A stretch of DNA of 63,276 bases, the filler included, from Olpidium bornovanus S191 (taxonomy: Eukaryota > Fungi > Olpidiomycota): assembly GCA_017911155.1 (NCBI GenBank). It is 34 parts of 34 records of this genome, joined end to end, with 100 filler letters (N's around TTAATTAATTAA, not from the genome) between each part and the next. Parts side by side here need not be neighbours in the genome. Positions count along the whole stretch, not along the records: positions 49,865 to 54,491 come from JAEFCI010001915.1; positions 54,592 to 55,753 come from JAEFCI010000285.1; positions 55,854 to 56,940 come from JAEFCI010011728.1; positions 57,041 to 58,659 come from JAEFCI010002455.1; positions 58,760 to 60,650 come from JAEFCI010002222.1; 29 more parts are not named here. One strand, 5' to 3'. The position numbers were made by a program, and so were the translations under genes. The stretch's first letter is position 1, and each line of letters starts with the position of its first letter. The notes beneath the pieces were generated by a model. That model was given only the letters and a program-made list of their open reading frames with translations, made no database searches and had not been told where the DNA came from. Below are positions 51,116 through 60,525 of this stretch, one piece after another.

Positions 51116-52550
51116 AACATACTCTTCCAAAAATCGTCCAACTCCCGCGTTGCAAATTGTCATTTTATTGGCAGGCTGTAAGTCCTGGATAAAGCGTAAT
51201 TTTCCGTTTTTCTTTGGGACCGTAAACAATCTGTTAGCATATGGCCCATTTCCGCGTTTAATAACTTGTTTATGCAGTCGATCTCGTAAAAGTTCAAGCA
51301 ATTGGGCAAAATGCACTCGTAGCACAGGTATCGGTTTCAGGTTCCAGAGAACATGCGGCACAGTAAAAATTATCACAGGCGGGACGACCGTAGGGTCGAC
51401 ACACCCGATCTCCGATTTATCGAAAGCGAAAGCCCGACCGTGGTGACCAATCATGAGACAAAACTCAACTTCTTCTCTCTTGGTCAACATGCCGAATTTC
51501 CCTTGATTAATCCTGATCGAGTTTAATGTTGCTTCCATGAATGTATGGCCAATTACCTCGGCTGGGCGTAACCGCGGTTCTTTGCGAGCAAGCTGTATGC
51601 GGTCCCAAGCATCAGGTGGAAGCTCAACCGCCACAGATCGGACTTTTTTGTTAACCGTCTTGTACAACGTCTGGACCTGAGCGAATCGTTCATCACGACT
51701 GTCCATCTGGTCAATAAGTTTCAATTCCGAAACAAGTCTTTGTAATTCCAAAAACGCCCCAAGTGATTCCATTTTCACTTTCTTAATGCAAGTGGCAGAG
51801 GCGCGGTCAAGAGCTCCTTTCAGTATTTCAGCCGGTAATTCGATCGTACATTCCGACAGCTTGAGGTGACCCCTTTACACCAAGGATATCACAACGCATT
51901 AACGCCATCATTTTTCGACGAAGCCAACGTCGTCGAGCTCCACGCGGGGTGTGTATTGAACTGCTGACTGCAAGAGAGCTCAAAGGCCGCAATGACAGGC
52001 AAAAGACTTGTCCAGACATCAGTCCCTCTTGTGGGATTAACTCCTTCTCAGCGAAGGACAACCTGCGACAACCAACTCCTCCATGTCGACTGTCGCCGTT
52101 AAAAATCCCGACTCCCAGAATCAGCCTCCACAAGATTGCCATCCTCATCTCGCCTGTTCCTCATGTCCGGGCGTACGTCATTTATCGTCACCCGGTGTGG
52201 TTTTGGATGGGAAGACGAGTGTTGAAGATCTCCTGAGCACTGGCACGCCTTATAATATCACGTTTTGTACGCGCATCCGTGATCGTAAGGATTTTCGATC
52301 CATCATCTCGACAGTGCTGGTGTCGGGGAATATAACCCTTCCTCGAGGGGTTGCAGGAGGGCGGGATGGCTAGGGCCCTTGCTGCGGGGGATGCTAGCGA
52401 CAACAGCGTGCAGGACGTACCTCTCTCCCCTCCGGGACGCCCTACCGTGCTTTCCAGCATCCGTGCTGACCAACTCCCTTCGGTGGACCCTTCGAAGAGG
52501 GGCACGGCGCTCGGCTCTTCCGACTCTTCCCCTATTCCTCCTCTCTTTGC

Positions 52551-52716
52551 TGCCTCCGCCTCGTTCCAGGGAGCGCGCCGACGTCGTTCGTAGGCGACGC
52601 GGTTGCAAGGCAGCCGAAGGCGGGTGGGCTCGATGCCTCCGCCTTGTTCCAGGGAGCGCGCCGACGCCGTTCGTAGGCGCCGCGGTCGCAAGGCAGCCGA
52701 AGGCGGGTGGGTTCGA
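52551..52716. repeat. Tandem duplication, 2 x 83 bp
   Basis: TGCCTCCGCCTYGTTCCAGGGAGCGCGCCGACG...GCAAGGCAGCCGAAGGCGGGTGGG at 52551 and 52634. Confidence 0.88.
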
Positions 52717-54598
52717 ACTGTTTGTTTATTATTCCCTCGGGAGGTTTATGCACAAGGAAAAAGCGATGGAATGCTCTGTTGTTGTTAGGGGAGGGGGGGG
52801 TTTGACTACGGCAGGGCTCGCCCACTGCTCGGCCGCAGGCAACAGAGCGAAACCTTTTCCGACAGCCGCCCCCTCTCGCGGCACCAACCCTTGGTGGCCG
52901 GGAAAACAAATGACACATGCAAAAGCAAGGAAAAGGCGAAAAGAAATGACAAAGACGCAGGAGAGACCAATGGGAGGAGGGTAATTGTTTGTATGCCCCT
53001 CCCGTCCACTCCTCGACGTTCTCGCAAAACGTTCGGATCTCGTTGCTCTCGAGGATGATGTGTGGTCCAACGCGCTCTGGCTATCGTGAGCCAAATGTGC
53101 GAGCGGAAGCGATGGTGCGTGTAATCCCATTCCATGTGTCGTGTGCTAGTTCCTCTGTGGGTGCCAGTTCGCCGTCGTCAACGCGCCCACGACGGCCCCC
53201 GGCACCTCCCGACTCCTCGTGGAACTGTCCAATATTTCGGTGGGTCCAGAACCATCGCCCCTCGCGCGGGAGGTCGCTGGCCTTGCTCCCGTCGATGTAG
53301 CGACGCTCCTTGGGGTTGAACGGGCGGTCGCTGTTCCTGTCCAAGGCCGCCCTAAAATTTGTCGGCGAGTTTCGAGACTCGCGTTCGGACGCGAAGGCAT
53401 TGATGATCTGACGGTGCCCCAACATTTGGCGACGGAGGGTTGGCTTGACGTAAGCACGGTAACGATACACCATGAAAGAGAAGGCGCGGCGGCATCCTCA
53501 AGCCTGTCTGTCCAGGTGTTGTCCAACTCCCCCATGCTCTGCCTCCATTGTAAGAGTAAGCAGCGCGGACCAGCGGTGGCGCTCGGAGCGCTTGAGGGTT
53601 GCCAGCTGCTCCTGGTTCCAGCCGGAAAGTTTGCGACTCTGCCTTGTAGGAGCGGACCACACTTCCTGGTTAGAGATCCGGAATGGCTCGCGGCTTGTCC
53701 TGGTCGCAGGCGCCGACGGCGCTTTTCCGGGGCATGGCTCCGTCCCGGACGCGTGTGAACCCCGACGATTCCCGGCCGGCGGCTTTGTTCCCTGCCCCTT
53801 CTTCGCAAGCGAGGCGAGCGCGGCATGACCACGCGTCGAGCGTTCCCCGCCCTCCTCACTGGTGGCGCTTTTGGAATCCGAACAGGCCTCACTGTTACCA
53901 TCGTTGGCCGCTTTGTTGCCCCCGCTGTCGCCGTCGTTGCTATGGGCCTCCTCTAACCCTTTCTTGGCTTCCCTCCCAGTAGTGGCGGCACGTGCAGGCC
54001 TCGCACCCCCAGACGTCCTCGCGTTTGTGGGTCCCCCCCCTTCCCGCTCCCGCGGCAGTGGTCGACCTCATCCGCGTAGGCGGAGCGGGCGACTGCGGGG
54101 TCATGGTAGCTTTTCGCTTCGCCGGTTCTGGCTTGTCGGCGCCCGCACCTTGGGATTCCCCCACGTCCAACCTTGGTCCTTGGAGCTCGAGGACCACAGG
54201 CCTCTTCTGTAGCACCCGCGTTGCCGATGCTTCAGCCGCGCTCGTAGGCCACGGCAGCACAGGTATCCCCGCAGCCAGCGCCCTCTGCTCCGTGACTATC
54301 GCCTGTTTCCCGAAAAGCGCAGCAGCGGCGAAAAGCGCAGCGGCGGCGGCGGCGTAAAGCGGCGGCGGCAAAAAGCGCAGCGGCGGCGAAAAGGCGCAGC
54401 GGCGGAAAAGCGCAGCGGCGGCGGCCGGAAAGCGGCGGCGGCGAGCCGGAAAGAGGCGGCGGCGGCCGGAAAACAGTGGCGGGGGGCCGGANNNNNNNNN
54501 NNNNNNNNNNNNNNNNNNNNNNNNNNNNNNNNNNNTTAATTAATTAANNNNNNNNNNNNNNNNNNNNNNNNNNNNNNNNNNNNNNNNNNNNCCACCCC

Positions 54599-54674
<76 letters not shown>

Positions 54675-54958
54675 CGCCCCGGGCCAAGCGGGGAAAGACT
54701 GACAGCCGAACACGCGCGTGCGTCCGCAGGGCGGCGGGTTGCTCGCGGGTTCTCTCCGTTCCCCGGGGGCACAAGGGGGGGGGGAAGGCGCGCGGCGAGG
54801 GTGACGAGAAAGAAAGTGGATTCCAGGGGAGAATAGAGAGCACTTCGCCCGCCGATATTTACCCCTGAACTCCGCTCTATAAAACCCGGTAGAATCACGG
54901 AATAGACGAGCCCCGTAAAGCTCTCCTTCCCCCGAAAAAAAAACACGGGAATTCAACT

Positions 54959-55348
54959 GGTTATGAGCCCAACGGTTAGACTCCCCATCCAAAACGCCCA
55001 AAACCAAACCATGGAAGGCAGAGCCCACGCAACCATGCCAGGCGCGATGCAGACTCCGGAACTCCGCAAACAAACGCGAAGGAAGCACTATCGGCCTCTA
55101 CCGCAACCTCCAGGCAGTCCAGAGCAGCTTTGGACAGCGTCAAGATGCTCAGGGAGCGTCACCGGAAGGAGGAAGCAGAGCAGAGCCACATGGAGGAGCT
55201 GGAACAGCTGCGTCAAGAGCTGGCGCGCAAAAAAGCCAAAGCAGAACTAGAGCAAGCCCGCAGGATCCGCGCAGAAGCCCACGTGCGGGAAATGGAAGCT
55301 TGTACTGCGGCTAGGTTCGAATATTTGTATTCTCCACGTCAGGTCTGA
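54959..55348 (+). mobile_element. Ty1/Copia 5' end: primer-binding site GGTTATGAGCCC followed by a degenerate gag-like ORF
   Basis: GGTTATGAGCCC (54959-54970) is the reverse complement of GGGCUCAUAACC, the initiator tRNA-Met anticodon arm. Upstream TATA-like CTATAAAA near 54875, ATG at 55011 and a coiled-coil-like charged ORF follow. Confidence 0.6.
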
Positions 55349-55454
55349 GCGGGGCGCTGCAGGTAAGGTGACGAGGGCTAACGAGTACGATGAGAAAGGT
55401 ATATTTCCCTTGGGAGTCGGGATCGGAATCGGGGATGGAATTGGAGGGAGCCAG

Positions 55455-55663
55455 TGCTACGGGGCGGGAAGGGCGCTATGTATGTCCGTTGACCGGCAGA
55501 GCCCGTCCCTTCGTCCGCGCGGTCGCGAGCTTGGTCGCGGTTCCTCTTCCGCGCGGTCGCGGTCCCCGCGCGGGGTTCCGTGTTCGCACGGTTGCGCGCG
55601 GGGGCAGTCTCTTTTGCCAAGGGGGGGGATGTGGTTGGCGGTGGGGTACCGCGTGTGGCGTTG
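55455..55663 (-). mobile_element. Diverged relative of the solo LTR at 50316-51115 (opposite orientation)
   Basis: Three colinear blocks match the reverse complement of about 50729-50996: CTACGG..GGG.CGCTAT.TATG.CCGT.GAC; CTCTTCC.GCGCGGTCG.GGT..CC.CGCGGGG.TCCG; TTGGCGG.....CCGCGTGTGGCGTTG. Confidence 0.65.
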
Positions 55664-55901
55664 CTACTGGAGGGGGGCTATTCTATTGGTCGGGCCACGG
55701 GTCACGTGACCGTCCCGTCCCCGCCTCCGAGTCCTCCCCGCCGCCCGCTGCCGNNNNNNNNNNNNNNNNNNNNNNNNNNNNNNNNNNNNNNNNNNNNTTA
55801 ATTAATTAANNNNNNNNNNNNNNNNNNNNNNNNNNNNNNNNNNNNNNNNNNNNCATGATGCGGCACAAATGTGGGGCCAAGAAGCATCTCTGCTTCTTGG
55901 G

Positions 55902-55925
55902 CTAACCCTAACCCTAACCCTAACC
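55902..55925. repeat. Short telomere-like tract (CTAACC)4 = (TTAGGG)n
   Basis: Four consecutive units, about 50 bp from the contig start but internal. Confidence 0.7.
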
Positions 55926-55979
55926 GCAAAAAATAAAGGTCGTGCGCTAGTCACAAAAGAAAAAAAAACTAACCCCGGC

Positions 55980-56400
55980 CACAAATCCGGCGAGTCCCGC
56001 AAAAATAGGCGAATTCCGAGAATCCCTTGAACCCCCCCGAAATCGCGAATCCAGCGTATCCTCGCAAAACATAAAAAGCGAAAATCGCGAATCCCGCGAG
56101 TTCGCACAAAAAGTAGAGCGAATTCCCCCAATCCGTCTTTGCCTTGTGTGTTCTGCGCTGTGTACCGCGGCACGGTTTTAAACGTTGCCCATTCTCACCT
56201 CCCATCCTTCCTTCCTTCTTTCCTTCTTTCCGCGCCACCCGATTTGGGGGGTTAGGCGATGCGCGGGATTCGCAGATCCGCGGGATACGCATGTTCGCGG
56301 GGTTCGCAGATTTGCGGAATTCACAGATTCGTGGAAATCGATGATACGTGGGATTTGCAGGATTCACAGATTTGCGAGATTCGCCGATCAACGCTATTAT
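55980..56400. repeat. Region of short GCGAATCC / GGATTCGC motifs in inverted (fold-back) arrangement; possible MITE or TIR-transposon subterminal repeats
   Basis: Left half carries ATCGCGAATCC at about 56042 and 56083. Right half carries GGATTCGCAGAT, GGTTCGCAGAT, GGATTCACAGAT and GAGATTCGC at about 56267-56385. Confidence 0.5.
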
Positions 56401-58564
56401 TGACAGCAGCCAGGATCTTACGTTTTGTGTTTTTCCCTTTTTTCTTTTCATTTTCTTCGACAGCGGCCGACGTATGTTTTTTATCTTTCTCCTTTATCGT
56501 CGGCGACGTACGTTTTTTGATTGTTCTTTTTATTATAGTAGAGCATGACATAGTTTCTTTTTCTGTTTTTTGACGGCTGCTGGTGTTGGCAGTTCTTTGG
56601 ACTGCCGCCGGATTTTTTTTTGTTTGTGGAATTTGATGTGGGGCGGATGTCTTGCGGCATGTATTTCAATTTCGGGATTCGTTATCACACTCGCAAGAGG
56701 CTCAAAGATAAAAAAAATGTGCGGCCATGTCTTCATGCAAAGCCCTGTTTATTTTGGTGTCTACGGTAACCACGGTTACATAACGGCTGAGATCGATTAT
56801 ACGACGCTTAGGCAATGACATTGTAACAAAGTCAAATCTGCAAAACGATAATAACGATACGTTGGCGGTCAATCTAAATCTGAGAATACCATAAATTTTG
56901 GAATACTATGCATCTGCGAATCGCGGCTCGGGCCTCCTGGNNNNNNNNNNNNNNNNNNNNNNNNNNNNNNNNNNNNNNNNNNNNTTAATTAATTAANNNN
57001 NNNNNNNNNNNNNNNNNNNNNNNNNNNNNNNNNNNNNNNNCTATTTTATTTTGGAATGGCCTGGGCTTTTGCCAAAGCTGCCGTTGTTGTTTGTTACTGA
57101 GGAGACCAGCCTCGAATACGAAGATCGCGGAAATCGGCTTTCGGAATTGAAACTGCGGGGGTGGGGCGCGGGGCGTGGGGTAACAGGGGAAATCCGGGGC
57201 GTATGCTGCGACGGAATGACGCATCCTCCGTCCGACTTCGCACGGCTTCAAGCACGACTGGACTTCCTGCTTTTCCGCCCTCCATCCCCACGTGCTCGCG
57301 GAGCTCCTCGGCCACCCGCACCTTGCTGAACTACGCGCCACGGCGGGGCTTCCTCGTCAAGCGGCGGCGCCAGCAGCGGGCGGAAAAAAAGAGACCCCGC
57401 CCGTCCCCACCGCCGGCGAAGAAGCCGGGGGGCGGGCCCCGCCTCCGTGCGGGACCCCGTGCGCGAGTCGGCGGCACCGACGGTTCGGCCGGAGGCTTTG
57501 AGCCGCGCACGGCGCCGAAAAACCGCTCGGCCCCAGACGTGCCCGTCGTCCCTGCGGCTGCTGCCGCGGCGGCGCCAACCGAGCGAGCCGCCGCCGCCGC
57601 CTGCCCCAAAAGTCCGCAGCGCCTCGTCGTCCAGGCGGCGGCCGAGGAGCGACTCCAGGGAAAGCGCCTGTGGCCCCGGCGCCTCCCGCCGGCAGGCGGC
57701 CTTTGACAACGCCGGTAAGCCCCTTGACACCTGGAGGGGATTATTCGTTGGGTAGGTTTGGGACCAACAACAGGGCGAAAACACAGGGCGAATATATCAA
57801 CATTGACATTCGGCCGCCGCTGCTGTATTATACCTGCGAACTTCCCCTTCGGACCGCCACTGAATTCCCGCGAGCTTCCCTTTGGATCGCCGCCGTTCTT
57901 CCCAAAGCGGGGTCTTCAGGCACCGCCCGCGGGCGGTGATCTCCCTGCCGAGAAACTGCGGTGGCGGGCGCGTTGGGAGACGACCGCAGGGGGCGGCGGG
58001 AGAACAATGGGGGCCGGGAGGGGAGCAGCAGCGGCGACATGCGGTGCGCTCCGCCGCCTAACGGGGAGCCGTCGCGGCCGACGACGACGACGACGACGCA
58101 GCCAATGAGGACGGGCCCGGATGTCGGCGGACCGGGGGAGCTGCAATCCGGTCGCCGCCCGTTCGGCCGCCTTTCCCCTTTTCGACACCCGGCCGGTTTC
58201 GCCCGTGGCGTTCCCCCAGTTTATCGTGGTACATAATCCCGCCCACGTTCCTCAATCCGGCAAGAACCCCCGCGCGCAGCCGGCCGGCCGGCCTCCCTGA
58301 CCCAAACCCTCCCACCCCCCTGAAAACCCCCGCCCTGTGGCCCTGGCCTTCCCCTCATGGCGATTGGCACGGTGCGCGCTCAGCTGATCCGGGGCGGGCC
58401 TGTGTTGGCTTGCCCCGGCGAGGCAAAAGCTGCGGCGCCACCCTGTGCCCCGCTGCCCCGTGGATCACCCTCGTCCTGCACCGCCCCACTTTCGCACTCT
58501 GTTGTAAACGAGAGCTTGCATATGGAATTGCCGCGTGCGGAAGCTGCGCTGTTCCCGGAAATGG

Positions 58565-58659
58565 TACCCCCCGCGGCTTGACGTACGAGCGCCCGTAGAG
58601 GAAGTATCATACCCCCCGCGGCTTGACACGTACGAGCGCCCGTAGAGGAGGTAGTATCC
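58565..58659. repeat. Tandem repeat, about 45-bp period, 2 copies, truncated by contig end
   Basis: TACCCCCCGCGGCTTGAC(AC)GTACGAGCGCCCGTAGAGGA at 58565 and 58610. Confidence 0.85.
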
Positions 58660-59626
58660 NNNNNNNNNNNNNNNNNNNNNNNNNNNNNNNNNNNNNNNNN
58701 NNNTTAATTAATTAANNNNNNNNNNNNNNNNNNNNNNNNNNNNNNNNNNNNNNNNNNNNCCGCAAGTACTAGGTATCACACCTACTTACTTTTTCCCACC
58801 CCTCGTTACGCGTCTTTGTGTAAATTCCTCCCCCTCCTTACGTGTCAAAATCGAAACCCACCGTTGCCTCAGAGCCCATGAGGGCGCGGACGCATCGTCA
58901 ACACAAAAAGTCACGGCAGCCAGGCAGCTGGCAAAAGTCAAACTCCCCTCCCCCCTCGCAAGGCCGTGGATCTCGCTCCGGAGGTTCCGTCAAAAGTGCG
59001 GGAGTGCGAAATCGGGAACGGCGCAGCCGGGTTTGACCACCTGAATACGCAACCCTTCCCCCGGCCCCACCTGTCCAACAAAACGTGGCCAAGTGTTGTG
59101 CTTACCCTCGCTCCTTATCCCCGGCGTTCGGGCCGCGGGCACAAGCGGGAAAAAGCGTATATGCCCGAACAGTAACAAAAGCCGCCCTCTAACCCTCCTG
59201 CGCCCCTGCCAGCGGTGGCGCCTTGGCCGCAGCCGTTTCTGTTTCTTTCTGCGCCGCCGCTTGCTTCTGCCTCGCATCCCGCGATTCGTAACGTTCCCGG
59301 CGCTCTCGACGCAACTTCATGTACTCCAGCTTCGCTTGGTTTACCCGTTCCGGGTTGTTTCTGTGAGTCCCGCGGTTGCGACGAAAAAAAAAAAAGCAAA
59401 ACAGGAACGCCGATAGCGCGCCAGGAGCGGCGTAGAGAAGACGAGCCCGTGTTTGTCCGTTGGCGAGAGCAGAGCGTTAAGCTCGAATGAAAAAAAAATA
59501 AGATCCTCGACCGTTCGGCTGCGAAACTCCACCGGGGGTGGGGTGGGGGGGAAGGGGAAGGAGGTGGGACACGCCTCTGCCCGCCACAAATGACCCCCGC
59601 GCGAGTGACCCGGCGAACGAACTCAC

Positions 59627-60053
59627 ATTTGGCGTAAACAGTCGTCCATCTTTTCCATGGCGCGCTTGCAATTGAGGGGAAAGATGTGCTTCTCCGAACA
59701 CTCGCCGTATTCTTTGGGGTTACCGCGGTCGCCCGGAACAAGCGTCGCACGCAAAACAAAAAAAGGCATAACAGATAACACGTTCAGCACCTTCCGTTCG
59801 CGGCAGCGCCACGGGCCCTGGCCCCAACCCAAGTTGCGCTGGTCTCTGACTCTTGTCCCCTCCCGCACGCGCGCGCGCGCTTGCTTCTTCTTCTTCTTTC
59901 TCCCCGCGTCAGGGCGCACCCCTTCGCCCGCCCTCTCTCACCTCTCACGGCGTCCTTGCACTTCAAGTGCGCTTCCTCCCTTAACCTCTTCGTCAGCCCG
60001 TGGATCTCTCTCCTGGACAGGAAATTCATGTCGGTCGCGTTGCCCCCGTTCAT
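59627..60053 (-). CDS. CMC1: Twin-CX9C mitochondrial COX assembly protein, Cmc1-like (first 2 exons)
   Basis: Exons 60053-59942 and 59711-59627 (GTGAGA and GTGAGT donors) splice to LSRREIHGLTKRLREEAHLK-C-KDAVREYGE-C-SEKHIFPLN-C-KRAMEKMDD-C-LRQ, i.e. two CX9C motifs. Confidence 0.8.
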
Positions 60054-60489
60054 GGCGACGACGTTCGCCGGACCGCCAGGCCGCGCGCTTTGTCCCCGCT
60101 GCGCGTCTGCCCGCCTAGCCCCCCCGCCTTACTTCCCGCGGGCAACGAGCCTTGTCCGACGGCGCTGTCCGGCCCCGCGACTGGCCGCCGCCGCTGCCGA
60201 TTGGTGGGGTTTGGAGGAGGGGGGTGTGAGGCGGGGTGGGCGGCGGGGTCTGGTATTCTTCTTCTTCTTCTCTCTCTCTCTCTCTCTCTCGCGGACGCAA
60301 CGGCGGCTCCTCCCCGCCCGTGGGGAGAGGGGAGGGCGGCCTTTGCCGAGAGAGATCGCACGCAGCCTTTTGCTTTCCAGAGCCTTTCCCTTTGAGCAGG
60401 CAAGAGCGGGCGAATCGCAACACGCCCCGCCCGGCGAGCTTTCCGGCGACTCGTTTCTTTCTCGGGAGGCGTTTGCTCTCTCTCCGTTT

Positions 60490-60525
<36 letters not shown>

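Larger units (their letters stand above)
49865..51778 (-). mobile_element. Degenerate Ty3/Gypsy reverse transcriptase, split by a nested solo LTR
   Basis: FTVPHVLWNLKPIPV..GPYANRLFTVPKKNGKLRFIQDLQPAN..NAGVG..[insert]..VDEFAGQSVYS.GDLFS.YDQFQL..DITAFKTP..PMG*..LFINDL (YxDD decayed to FIND). Flanking 51779-54491 is probably degenerate gag/protease region. Confidence 0.9.

Noticed and set aside
55902-55925. True chromosome end
   Set aside because: Only four units, internal to the contig, with non-telomeric sequence on both sides.
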